Positions 9,834-19,034 of a stretch of 64,000 bases of DNA are shown one piece after another (positions within the stretch are counted from its first letter, which is position 1; each line of letters begins with the position of its first letter). Made by a program: the position numbers and the translations under genes. The notes under the pieces were generated by a model. It saw only the letters and a program-made list of their open reading frames with translations. It was not told where the DNA came from and ran no database searches. The stretch is taken from sequence record MW630116.1, one strand, 5' to 3'. This DNA comes from Escherichia phage vB_EcoM-ZQ3.

Positions 9834-11522
9834 ATGAAAAAAGCTGTTATTCTTGGTGCTGGACTGGCAACTCGTTTGTATCCAATAACGCATCATATTC
9901 CTAAGGTGCTTGTTAACTATAAACAAGACACTATTCTGAGCAATTTGTATACAATTTATTCTGACCTTGGCGCAGACGAAATTATTGTAGTAGTTCATTC
10001 AAAATTTGCTGAAACTGTTCGAGCTTATTGTGAGCAAGAAGGGTTCAATGTGACTATTCGTACAGTTGATGAAGCGTATGGTTCTGCTTATGCTCTTGCT
10101 AAATTACACAAAGATTTAAACGGCCATAATGTAATTGTTAACTGGTGTGATATTATTCCTGATTTTGGTTCGTGGTCTTGGAATGTTAACGCAATCTATG
10201 TTAAGGGTGACGAATGTCGATATAATTTCGACGGTGAAAATATCACTAATGTAGGTTCAACAGGTGGTAATGTTGTAGGAATTTATCAGTTCAAAGACTG
10301 GGAATTCTATATGGGTTCTACTGATGAGGAAATTCATGAATACTGCAAAGGACGTGATTTCGTAGAATTCCTTTACGGCAGCGCATTCAATAAATCAGAG
10401 CTTATGAATATCATCGACCTTGGTGATATGCCTAAACTTGAAAAAGCTCATGAAGTTCGTGAACTTAATCGTAGTTTTAATGCAGTTGAAATTGGCGAAG
10501 AAACGGTAACAAAGATTGCTTTAACAGAACAGGGCGTTGCACTTCAAAAAGATGAAGTCAATTGGTATAAGAAAGTTAAATCAGATTCAGTTCCACGGAT
10601 TGTAAGTTATCATCCTGGCGGCCACTTTATTATGGAACGTATTAAAGGTAAGCCGGCATTTGAATATATTAAATCCAAATCAAGTCTTGCTCGTCCACAA
10701 ATTGTTGATGCAATTTTAGATGCACTGAAATTCAGCACAGACACTTATTTTGTAAGTCCTGAAACTGTTCGTCGTGATTTCACTAAAGAGTTCTATACGA
10801 AAGTTATTGATCGTTGTGAAAGTATTCAACCATTGATTGATTCATTTGGTAAAATCACACATGTGAACTACACTAAGATTGGGCGTCTGAAGCCAATGCT
10901 GAAACAAGCTTTAGAACACCTTATTCGTTATCATAACCGTTCTCAGGGACAGTACTCTGTTATTCATGGTGACCCGAACTTCAGTAATACTATGATTACT
11001 GATAATGGTGAAGTCAAGTTTATCGACCCTCGTGGATATTTTGGTGAAACCAAGATTTATGGGCCAAAATTGTATGATGAAGCTAAAGTGCTTTATGCTG
11101 TTTCAGGTTATGATGAATTCAACGCTAATCCGACTTGGGGACAGTTTACTATTGATGAAACAACTTGTAATGTGACTATTAACATCAATCCGTTAGTTTA
11201 CAAATATGGAAAGATGAGTTCGTTTAACGAGTATCATCATTTGGCAGTGGCAATTATCTGGATTGCATTGGGTGGTTATTTCAAGAATAATCCACTTAAA
11301 GCGGTAGCCGCATATTATAAAGGTATGGAACTTCTGACTAAGCAATTACGTAACATGGGCCGTGTACTTCAGGACGGCTCTATTAGTTATGACGTAGCAG
11401 AACCTGTAACGGCTACTCTGATTACAAAAAATCCTGGTAAATGGGTACTAACTGATAAAGAAACTGGTGTTTCTTATCGTCCAATCGGTGGCGATATCAC
11501 TCATCAATGGGAACGAATCTAA
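9834..11522 (+). CDS. bifunctional sugar kinase / sugar-1-phosphate nucleotidyltransferase
   Basis: N-terminus AVILGAGLATRLYPIT (RmlA/GlmU-type NTase motif); C-terminal HGDPNFSNTMIT and KFIDPRG (APH/choline-kinase-like Brenner motif). Confidence 0.8.
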   Translation: MKKAVILGAGLATRLYPITHHIPKVLVNYKQDTILSNLYTIYSDLGADEIIVVVHSKFAETVRAYCEQEGFNVTIRTVDEAYGSAYALAKLHKDLNGHNVIVNWCDIIPDFGSWSWNVNAIYVKGDECRYNFDGENITNVGSTGGNVVGIYQFKDWEFYMGSTDEEIHEYCKGRDFVEFLYGSAFNKSELMNIIDLGDMPKLEKAHEVRELNRSFNAVEIGEETVTKIALTEQGVALQKDEVNWYKKVKSDSVPRIVSYHPGGHFIMERIKGKPAFEYIKSKSSLARPQIVDAILDALKFSTDTYFVSPETVRRDFTKEFYTKVIDRCESIQPLIDSFGKITHVNYTKIGRLKPMLKQALEHLIRYHNRSQGQYSVIHGDPNFSNTMITDNGEVKFIDPRGYFGETKIYGPKLYDEAKVLYAVSGYDEFNANPTWGQFTIDETTCNVTININPLVYKYGKMSSFNEYHHLAVAIIWIALGGYFKNNPLKAVAAYYKGMELLTKQLRNMGRVLQDGSISYDVAEPVTATLITKNPGKWVLTDKETGVSYRPIGGDITHQWERI

Positions 11523-11908
11523 TGCACCGTGTAGAAAACATGCTTAATCTTTGTTTTGATGTCGATGATTGTATAACAGAGTGGAATAACAATCGTGATT
11601 ACGTGAACTTCAAACCAGACGTCGAAATGGTGTCTGCCATTAATGCCCTGTATGATGCAGGGCATACCATAACGCTTTACACTGCTCGCGGTATGAAGTC
11701 AGTCGGTCCTGGTCGTATAGCAATTGACATTCTCCCAAGTCTGATTCAGAACTTGGCAAACATTGGATTGAAGTACCATAATTTGCTAACACATAAACCA
11801 GTATATGATTGGATTATCGACGATAAAGCTATGCGTCCTGACGAATTCAAAGCTCTTATGAATAAAGGCGAATTCGAAACATTTAAATCATATAAACCGA
11901 ATCTATAA
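11522..11908 (+). CDS. small HAD-superfamily phosphatase
   Basis: TAATG overlap; candidate HAD motifs FDVDD (I), LYTARG (II), K in THKPVYD (III), IIDDK (IV). Confidence 0.65.
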   Translation: MHRVENMLNLCFDVDDCITEWNNNRDYVNFKPDVEMVSAINALYDAGHTITLYTARGMKSVGPGRIAIDILPSLIQNLANIGLKYHNLLTHKPVYDWIIDDKAMRPDEFKALMNKGEFETFKSYKPNL

Positions 11909-11964
11909 TAATTTAAGTAAGACCTGCAAAAACCATCGCGTCAATTAACGTGAGATGCAAAAAA

Positions 11965-13125
11965 ATGAATACCTTTAAAATCGGAACGAATTTTGATTTA
12001 GCTCTTCTTGATAAAATCGTAGAGCTCAATAAAACTTATCCTAATAGCTTGATAAATGAAGTATACGGCTCTACAAGAGAAATGGCTTTTGTAGCAGCCA
12101 GACCTGATTTTAGGCTTCCTGACGTTGACAAAAAGATGTTAGAAGATTATGTTAAACGTTGTAACGAATTAGGTATTTGCTTTAACTATACACTCAACAC
12201 GATAAATCCTGGTTCAAAAAGAGAACTAGTTGAGTGGAAGAAGAAAGCTATTCAGGATTATGTTCAGTATCTTTGGTCAATAGGCGTATGGCGTATTACT
12301 ATCGCTAACCCTGTTGTTATGGAAATTGTTCGTGAAGTCAATAAAGACATTGAGATTGAAGTTTCAACAATTCTACATGTTGATGCTGTAACTCAAATCA
12401 AATACTTGCATGACCAGTATAATATCAAAAAGGTCTGCTGTGGAATTCATAAGAACCGTTCAGTTTCTTTCCTGAAGCGTGCAGCAGAGTTTTGCAATAA
12501 GAACAATATAATATTTGAAGTTCTCGTAAATGAATTCTGTTCTAATGCCGGTAAAGGGTATACAACACATTGTAGCTATCGTGACTCTTGCTATATTTTC
12601 CATAGCACAGATGTTACAGTAGATGATGCTAAATCCTTAAATGGATATCCAATGCAACACTGCATTAAAGCTCGTGATACAGACCCATTTAACTGGTTGA
12701 GAACTCGTTTTGTTCGTCCTCAAGATTTGAAACTTTATAATGATATTGGTATCACTCAATTCAAAGTTTCAGGACGTACAGGTAGCACAGACTACATTTT
12801 GAAAGTTCTTGAAGCTTATGCTTCTGAAAAATTTGAAGGTAATTTGTTGGAATTGTGGAAGCCTTTAGAGACCATTTTCACTCTTGAAAATGAGACCGAG
12901 TTTTCACATACGGTAAATATTGAAACCTCTTTGTTAGATGGCTTTTTAGAAAAAAGGTGGTTCAAACATCCAGATTTCGATTGTGCTAATGAAATCTGCG
13001 GGACGACGTGTACATATTGTGAAAGATATTATAAACGTCAGTTATCTAAAAATGGGTTATCAGAAAACTCTATATCTATTATTGATATAACTAACTCTGA
13101 CGACGCTTTGAGGTACCCAGAATGA
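11965..13125 (+). CDS. Cys-rich enzyme of uncertain family (possibly peptidase-U32-like Fe-S TIM-barrel protein)
   Basis: 386 aa from ATG 11965; cysteine clusters EFCSNAGKGYTTHCSYRDSC and C-terminal CANEICGTTCTYC; QFKVSGR resembles the U32 KIEGR-type motif; assignment tentative. Confidence 0.75.
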   Translation: MNTFKIGTNFDLALLDKIVELNKTYPNSLINEVYGSTREMAFVAARPDFRLPDVDKKMLEDYVKRCNELGICFNYTLNTINPGSKRELVEWKKKAIQDYVQYLWSIGVWRITIANPVVMEIVREVNKDIEIEVSTILHVDAVTQIKYLHDQYNIKKVCCGIHKNRSVSFLKRAAEFCNKNNIIFEVLVNEFCSNAGKGYTTHCSYRDSCYIFHSTDVTVDDAKSLNGYPMQHCIKARDTDPFNWLRTRFVRPQDLKLYNDIGITQFKVSGRTGSTDYILKVLEAYASEKFEGNLLELWKPLETIFTLENETEFSHTVNIETSLLDGFLEKRWFKHPDFDCANEICGTTCTYCERYYKRQLSKNGLSENSISIIDITNSDDALRYPE

Positions 13126-13283
13126 TTTCTAGAAAAACTTTTAACCACCAACTTAATGAAGAGATTTTGACTACGAAAATTAACAGCAACGAACAAATTC
13201 TTAAAAAGGCCCTGATGGGCCTGTTTGAAACTAAAGCGGCTAAAGTGATTAAAGAAACCTGTTCAACTAGAATACTATGCTGA
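13122..13283 (+). CDS. possible 53-aa small protein
   Basis: ATGA overlap with upstream stop; no homology recognised. Confidence 0.3.
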   Translation: MISRKTFNHQLNEEILTTKINSNEQILKKALMGLFETKAAKVIKETCSTRILC

Positions 13284-13359
13284 TGCATTTCTTCATAGTG
13301 TTCTTGGAAGTATCGATGCTGAAGCTTTACGTTATATCAACATTGTCAAGAAATTCAAA

Positions 13360-13385
13360 TAAGCTTTACGAATTGAGTATATAAT
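13360..13385 (+). promoter_or_regulatory. putative MotA-dependent middle promoter
   Basis: taaGCTTTA box, 11-nt gap, TATAAT 13380-13385; aagctttacg also at 13322. Confidence 0.45.
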
Positions 13386-13404
13386 AAATTGTATTGAGGT
13401 AAAC

Positions 13405-14121
13405 ATGGGAAAACATAACACAATGAAATATATCAAAGCCGCAGATTTTCAAACCGCATTTAAAGCAGTCAATCGTGAAATTTTAGAAAACCCGGAATTC
13501 GTAACTGATTCTCGTATTGGACGTTGTAATGAAATTGGGTCTATGACAGTAGTTGTTGATACCCCTTCATCATTCAAAATGACCGACCCACGTATTAATC
13601 GCATCTCTTATGAATATGCTGAAGATTTCTGGAAGTTTATGATTTCTGGTGGTACCAACGCAGAAGAAGCGTTTAAGGCATATCCTAATGTCGCTAAATT
13701 TATTTCTAAACCAAAATCAGATGTTTTGCCTGCAAACTTCAACACTTTCTATGGTCCACGAATTGCGGCCCAGTTACCAGCTCTTCTAAAAGAACTTAAA
13801 GAGAAGCCTAACTCTCGAAGAGTTGTGTTCCAAATTCTAGAAAGTTCTGATCAGGCTTTGCTTGATTCAGACGAAACGCTTGAATATCCATGTACTGACT
13901 CAGTGACTTATTATATTCGTGATGGTAAGCTTTATACCCACTGTCATATGCGTTCTCAGAACTGTGCTGTTGTTATGCAGTTGGATTTTTATCTCCAAGG
14001 AAAATTACTTCATTATATCGCTAACGAATGCGGTGTAGAAGTTGGTGATTATACTCATACCATGGTAAGTGCCCATGTGTTTGAACGTGATTTTGATTAT
14101 GTTAAAGGATTCCTTGACTAA
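13405..14121 (+). CDS. thymidylate-synthase-fold pyrimidine-modifying enzyme, divergent dCMP hydroxymethylase (gene 42)-like
   Basis: 238 aa; NSRRVVFQI, YPCTDSVTYYIRDGKL and SAHVFERDF parallel the T4 gp42/TS motifs SRRGIMIY, FMCTNTVQYLIRDKKI, SLHVYSRHF. Confidence 0.8.
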   Translation: MGKHNTMKYIKAADFQTAFKAVNREILENPEFVTDSRIGRCNEIGSMTVVVDTPSSFKMTDPRINRISYEYAEDFWKFMISGGTNAEEAFKAYPNVAKFISKPKSDVLPANFNTFYGPRIAAQLPALLKELKEKPNSRRVVFQILESSDQALLDSDETLEYPCTDSVTYYIRDGKLYTHCHMRSQNCAVVMQLDFYLQGKLLHYIANECGVEVGDYTHTMVSAHVFERDFDYVKGFLD

Positions 14122-15020
14122 TGGCTATTTTCCGCGTACCTATCTTGAGTATGCGGTCTTATGAAACTGGACAGTATGCTATCCTTAAGGATGGCAACTT
14201 CCAACTTCATTTGCACCGTGCTAATCCGGGTGATGTGATTACATATCCACGTAATGCATCTGATATTAAAGAATGCGAACGTCTTTTTCCAGAATTTAAG
14301 TTTGTTCCATTATGGTATAAAGATAACGCGTATAACACTCGTAAATATTTCTGGTCTGAAAATGAATTTGTGGTTGATTCATTAATTGCTTATTATGATT
14401 GTGATTTTCTAATCACAGATATCACTGGATATGACGGTGCTTTTGATGTGGAATTCAATTTCAATATCACTGCAGACCCTAATAAACCACGTTTTTATAT
14501 TGACGAATTCTTAAAAACCGATATGTTGTCGGTTAATCGTTCACTTCAAACTACTGTGTTGAATAAACGTCAAAAGGAAGTGCTGGTTAACGCTGGTGCC
14601 GATGGTAATAAGATTATCGTAACCCAGAAAGTTATACGTCCTTCCATCATGCAGCGTCTTGTAGGTGATTTGGCTCCTATTCATCTAGATGGTATTTTTC
14701 ATCCATTTCGAATTAGTGACCCGTGCTATCGTTTTGAACAAGTGGTTGAATGTGCAATTCAATTAGGCCAACCGCTTTATATAACCGATCCAAATAATAG
14801 CTTCGACAGAAATAAGTATCCTGAAGAAGCGCTGATTCGAATTTTTAAACCAACTAAAACCGAGTACTATCAAATTCTTAAAGGACGTCCAAAGATTCAA
14901 TATTTCGAAAATCCTGAAGAAGTATTCCATCCAGGTCTTGGTGAGTTCATCTACTTTAATGCTTTAATTTCTTCGCCGTATAATATACCTAAATACGAAG
15001 ATGTCGTAATCGAGGAATAA
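14121..15020 (+). CDS. hypothetical protein (299 aa), function unknown
   Basis: TAATG overlap with the TS-like gene; no recognised motifs. Confidence 0.75.
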   Translation: MAIFRVPILSMRSYETGQYAILKDGNFQLHLHRANPGDVITYPRNASDIKECERLFPEFKFVPLWYKDNAYNTRKYFWSENEFVVDSLIAYYDCDFLITDITGYDGAFDVEFNFNITADPNKPRFYIDEFLKTDMLSVNRSLQTTVLNKRQKEVLVNAGADGNKIIVTQKVIRPSIMQRLVGDLAPIHLDGIFHPFRISDPCYRFEQVVECAIQLGQPLYITDPNNSFDRNKYPEEALIRIFKPTKTEYYQILKGRPKIQYFENPEEVFHPGLGEFIYFNALISSPYNIPKYEDVVIEE

Positions 15021-15021
15021 A

Positions 15022-15570
15022 ATGGCTAAAATTATTTTAGTAGATGGCCCGGATAATGCCGGTAAAACAACTTTCATTAATGACATAATGGAAATTAGTG
15101 AAAGATATGTAAAGATTGATTTCCCTAAACGAACAGTTGACGGACGTTTCGATGTTAAGTCTCGAAATGAAGTTGGCTGTTTCGAAACGATGTTGAATTA
15201 TTTAGACCCTACTAAGATTTATCTGTTAGATCGTGGATATATTAGTAACTGGGTTTACGGACGTATTCGACAAGATGCGGACTCGGTTCTTGACGTTTAT
15301 GAACAGGATTATGTTCGTCTTTGCCAAAACCATGATGTGTTCACAATTATTTTAACACGTAACGAAATGACTGAAAGTTTTGAAGACGACCTTATTACTT
15401 TGTCTTCATTCGGTTTTAATACAGTAATTTCATATTTTGAAGAGTTTGCAATCCATAACGAAATCCAAACGTATCAATTACTTAATCATGATGGTGCTAA
15501 CAAAGTTATAGGATTTAATGCAAGCGAACGTAATAATTTGATTACAGAAATTATCAAATGGGCTCGTTAA
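15022..15570 (+). CDS. P-loop kinase (nucleotide/nucleoside kinase-like)
   Basis: Walker A GPDNAGKTT near N-terminus; LDRGYISNWVYG resembles dNK/TMK-type motif. Confidence 0.8.
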   Translation: MAKIILVDGPDNAGKTTFINDIMEISERYVKIDFPKRTVDGRFDVKSRNEVGCFETMLNYLDPTKIYLLDRGYISNWVYGRIRQDADSVLDVYEQDYVRLCQNHDVFTIILTRNEMTESFEDDLITLSSFGFNTVISYFEEFAIHNEIQTYQLLNHDGANKVIGFNASERNNLITEIIKWAR

Positions 15571-15590
15571 GAGCCTGTTTAAAGTTTTAA
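15561..15590 (+). terminator. possible weak terminator hairpin spanning the kinase stop codon
   Basis: ggctc-gttaa-gagcc followed by T-rich tract. Confidence 0.35.
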
Positions 15591-15616
15591 ATGCTGTATA
15601 ACCCTTAGTATATAAT
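15589..15616 (+). promoter_or_regulatory. possible middle promoter upstream of uvsX
   Basis: aaaTGCTgtA box-like, TATAAT at 15611-15616. Confidence 0.35.
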
Positions 15617-15669
15617 CGTCTTATCTTTTAAACATGAGTAAAATATAATGATGCCTATGGAAAAATACA

Positions 15670-16842
15670 ATGTCTGATTTAAAATCTCGTCTGATTAAAG
15701 CTTCTACTTCTAAAATGACTGCAGACTTGACTAAGTCTAAGTTGTTTAATAATCGCGATGAAGTCCCTACTCGTATTCCGATGTTGAATATTGCATTAGG
15801 TGGTGCACTGAATGCTGGGTTGCAATCAGGCTTAACTATTTTTGCTGCTCCTTCTAAACACTTTAAAACGTTGTTTGGACTGACCATGGTTGCAGCATAT
15901 ATGAAGAAATATAAAGATGCAATTTGTTTGTTCTATGATTCAGAATTTGGTGCTTCAGAATCTTATTTTCGTTCGATGGGTGTTGATTTAGACCGTGTAG
16001 TTCATACTCCGATTCAATCTGTCGAACAACTTAAAGTTGATATGACTAATCAGCTTGACGCGATTGAACGCGGTGATAAAGTTATTATCTTTATCGATTC
16101 AATTGGTAATACTGCATCTAAGAAAGAAACCGAAGATGCGTTGAACGAGAAAGTTGTAGGTGATATGTCTCGTGCTAAGGCACTTAAATCTCTGTTCCGC
16201 ATTGTGACTCCTTATCTGACTATTAAAGATATTCCGTGTGTTGCAATCAACCATACAGCAATGGAAATTGGCGGACTATATCCTAAAGAGATTATGGGTG
16301 GTGGTACAGGTATTCTTTACTCTGCTAACACTGTATTCTTTATCTCTAAACGTCAGGTTAAAGAAGGTACAGAATTGACCGGTTATGACTTCACGTTGAA
16401 AGCAGAAAAATCTCGTACAGTTAAAGAGAAATCTACTTTCCCAATCACAGTCAATTTCGATGGCGGTATCGACCCATTCAGTGGCTTGTTAGAAATGGCA
16501 ACTGAAATTGGTTTTGTAGTTAAGCCTAAAGCCGGGTGGTATGCTCGAGAATTCCTTGACGAAGAAACAGGCGAAATGATTCGTGAAGAGAAATCATGGC
16601 GTGCTAAAGCTACTGATTGTGTAGAATTCTGGGGACCGTTGTTTAAACACAAACCTTTCCGAGATGCAATTGAAACTAAATATAAACTAGGTGCTATCTC
16701 TTCTATTAAAGAAGTCGATGACGCTGTTAACGACCTTATTAATTGCAAAGCAACAACTAAAGTTCCGGTTAAAACTTCTGATGCTCCGTCTGCAGCAGAT
16801 ATAGAAAACGACCTTGACGAAATGGAAGATTTCGATGAATAA
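15670..16842 (+). CDS. uvsX: RecA-like recombinase UvsX
   Basis: 390 aa; RecA-fold ATPase; T4 UvsX size and position. Confidence 0.93.
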   Translation: MSDLKSRLIKASTSKMTADLTKSKLFNNRDEVPTRIPMLNIALGGALNAGLQSGLTIFAAPSKHFKTLFGLTMVAAYMKKYKDAICLFYDSEFGASESYFRSMGVDLDRVVHTPIQSVEQLKVDMTNQLDAIERGDKVIIFIDSIGNTASKKETEDALNEKVVGDMSRAKALKSLFRIVTPYLTIKDIPCVAINHTAMEIGGLYPKEIMGGGTGILYSANTVFFISKRQVKEGTELTGYDFTLKAEKSRTVKEKSTFPITVNFDGGIDPFSGLLEMATEIGFVVKPKAGWYAREFLDEETGEMIREEKSWRAKATDCVEFWGPLFKHKPFRDAIETKYKLGAISSIKEVDDAVNDLINCKATTKVPVKTSDAPSAADIENDLDEMEDFDE

Positions 16843-17176
16843 TCTCGATGATTTAAATCTAGAAATCGTTGATGAATCCCCTTCTTCGGAAGGGGAAGAC
16901 ATTCGCAAAGAACGAGTGTTTAATGAATCTCTTAAAATTGTCCGTTCAGCAATGGAAAATGTCATTCAAGAGATTCTGATTACGCTTGAAGATGGTTCTC
17001 ATCATATAGTCTATATTACAAAACTAGACTGGGTTGATGGTAAAATCGTAATGGACTTTGCAGTTCTTGACCAGGACAGAAAAGCAGAACTTGCACCACA
17101 TGTTGAAAAATGTGTTACAATGCAAGTACAACAAGCTTTTAATGAACGGGCCAAGAAAAAATTTAGATTCTTTTAA
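16814..17176 (+). CDS. 40: gp40-like protein
   Basis: 120 aa between uvsX and 41 (synteny and size). Confidence 0.7.
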   Translation: MTKWKISMNNLDDLNLEIVDESPSSEGEDIRKERVFNESLKIVRSAMENVIQEILITLEDGSHHIVYITKLDWVDGKIVMDFAVLDQDRKAELAPHVEKCVTMQVQQAFNERAKKKFRFF

Positions 17177-17185
17177 GGAGTTATC

Positions 17186-18628
17186 GTGGTAGAAATTATT
17201 TTGTCTCATCTAGTATACGACCAGGCTTATTTTTCTAAGGTCTGGCCTTATATGGATTCTGAGTATTTTGAGCGTGGACCGGCAAAAAATGTCTTTAAAA
17301 TTATAAAGAGCCACGTTAACGAATATAATGCAATGCCGTCTATCAATGCATTAAAGGTGGCTTTAGATAACAGTTCTTTAACTGAAGCCGAATATAAAGG
17401 AACTTCAGACCTAATTGAAAAATTGGCTGATACTCCTGAAGACCACGAATGGTTGGTTAAAGAAACTGAGAAATATGTCCAGCAAAAAGCGATGTATAAT
17501 GCTACATCCAAAATCATTGAGATTCAGTCTAATGCTGAACTACCTCCAGAACAACGTAACAAGAAAATGCCTGATGTAGGAGCTATTCCTGATATTATGC
17601 GTCAAGCACTTTCAATTTCGTTTGATAGTTATGTTGGACACGACTGGATGGAAGACTACGAAGCACGCTGGCTTTCTTATCTGAACAAAGCACGTAAGGT
17701 CCCGTTCAAATTAAACATTCTGAATAAAATCACTAAAGGTGGTGCTGAAACCGGTACACTGAATGTTTTAATGGCTGGTGTTAACGTTGGTAAATCTTTA
17801 GGCCTTTGTTCACTTGCTGCAGATTATCTTCAAACAGGTCATAATGTTCTTTATATTTCTATGGAAATGGCTGAAGAAGTTTGTGCTAAGCGTATAGATG
17901 CAAACATGCTTGACGTATCACTTGATGATATCGATGATGGTAACGTATCTTATGCTGAATATAAAGCCAAGATGGAAAAATGGCGTTCAAAATCCACATT
18001 AGGACGTTTAGTAGTTAAACAGTATCCTACTGGCGGAGCTAATGCTAATACATTCCGTGCATTGCTTAATGAATTGAAACTCAAGAAGAACTTTGTGCCA
18101 TCTGTAATCATGGTTGATTACTTAGGTATTTGTGGGTCTTGTCGTATCAGAGTTTACACTGAAAATAGTTACACATTAGTTAAAGCTATCGCAGAAGAAC
18201 TTCGTGCATTAGCAGTAGAATCTGAAACAGTTCTATGGACTGCAGCTCAAGTAGGACGTGCAGCATGGGATGCTTCGGATATGAACATGAGCGATATTGC
18301 AGAATCAGCAGGTTTACCAGCAACGGCAGATTTCATGTTGGCCGTAATTGAAACCGAAGAACTTGCACAAGCTGAACAACAACTTATCAAACAAATCAAA
18401 TCACGATACGGTGATAAGAATAAGTGGAATAAATTCCTGATGGGTGTACGTAAAGGCAACCAGAAATGGATTGAGATTGAGCAAGAAGGCATGAACACAC
18501 CTAACACAGTAAATGAAAACGCAGGTGCTCAGATGCGTCAGGCAGAGGTGAATCGTACGGAACGCGTAGGTAGAGCCAAAGCAACACGGGCTGACCTAGA
18601 TAGCTTAGCTAATGAGTTAAAATTTTAA
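17186..18628 (+). CDS. 41: replicative DNA helicase gp41 (DnaB-like)
   Basis: GTG start; 480 aa; Walker A GVNVGKS; N-terminus VEIILSHLVYDQAYFSKVWPYMDSEYFE matches recalled T4 gp41. Confidence 0.95.
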   Translation: MVEIILSHLVYDQAYFSKVWPYMDSEYFERGPAKNVFKIIKSHVNEYNAMPSINALKVALDNSSLTEAEYKGTSDLIEKLADTPEDHEWLVKETEKYVQQKAMYNATSKIIEIQSNAELPPEQRNKKMPDVGAIPDIMRQALSISFDSYVGHDWMEDYEARWLSYLNKARKVPFKLNILNKITKGGAETGTLNVLMAGVNVGKSLGLCSLAADYLQTGHNVLYISMEMAEEVCAKRIDANMLDVSLDDIDDGNVSYAEYKAKMEKWRSKSTLGRLVVKQYPTGGANANTFRALLNELKLKKNFVPSVIMVDYLGICGSCRIRVYTENSYTLVKAIAEELRALAVESETVLWTAAQVGRAAWDASDMNMSDIAESAGLPATADFMLAVIETEELAQAEQQLIKQIKSRYGDKNKWNKFLMGVRKGNQKWIEIEQEGMNTPNTVNENAGAQMRQAEVNRTERVGRAKATRADLDSLANELKF

Positions 18629-18634
18629 TAAAAA

Positions 18635-18655
18635 GGAGACTTCGGTCTCCTTTCG
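18635..18655 (+). terminator. hairpin terminator after gene 41
   Basis: ggagac-ttcg-gtctcc then T-containing tract. Confidence 0.5.
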
Positions 18656-18716
18656 GGGTTTACATCTTCCTCTAGGCATGATATGATGTACTTACACCGA
18701 CCAAGAGGAGAACAAA

Positions 18717-19034
18717 ATGAAAACCATCGATTGTAAAGCAGAATTTAAGATTTTTTATCACGGTTCAAGTAGTTCAGCTAACATCGAAAACATGCTTTGT
18801 CCTCCTGAAGAAACAGGAGTTCTGTCTGAAACTGGACGTAAGAAAAACTTGGATCGTGTATTCTTTACTGAAGATATCGGTTTAGCAAAGATTTATGCAG
18901 GACGAGCAGCACGCTCTTATGGAGGTGAACCACGTCTCTATCGAGTAATTTCTCCGGTAGACGTAGTTCAAATGAATGATACTAAAGGTGCTACAGTTTA
19001 TCACGCTGAATGGGCATTTTGCGAGGAAATATGA
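18717..19034 (+). CDS. hypothetical protein
   Basis: 105-aa ORF with RBS agaggag. Confidence 0.6.
   Translation: MKTIDCKAEFKIFYHGSSSSANIENMLCPPEETGVLSETGRKKNLDRVFFTEDIGLAKIYAGRAARSYGGEPRLYRVISPVDVVQMNDTKGATVYHAEWAFCEEI

Noticed and set aside
11965-13125. Confident annotation as a peptidase U32 / Fe-S hydroxylase
   Set aside because: The PROSITE-type U32 signature is not matched exactly and my comparison relies on recalled sequences; kept only as a hypothesis in the findings
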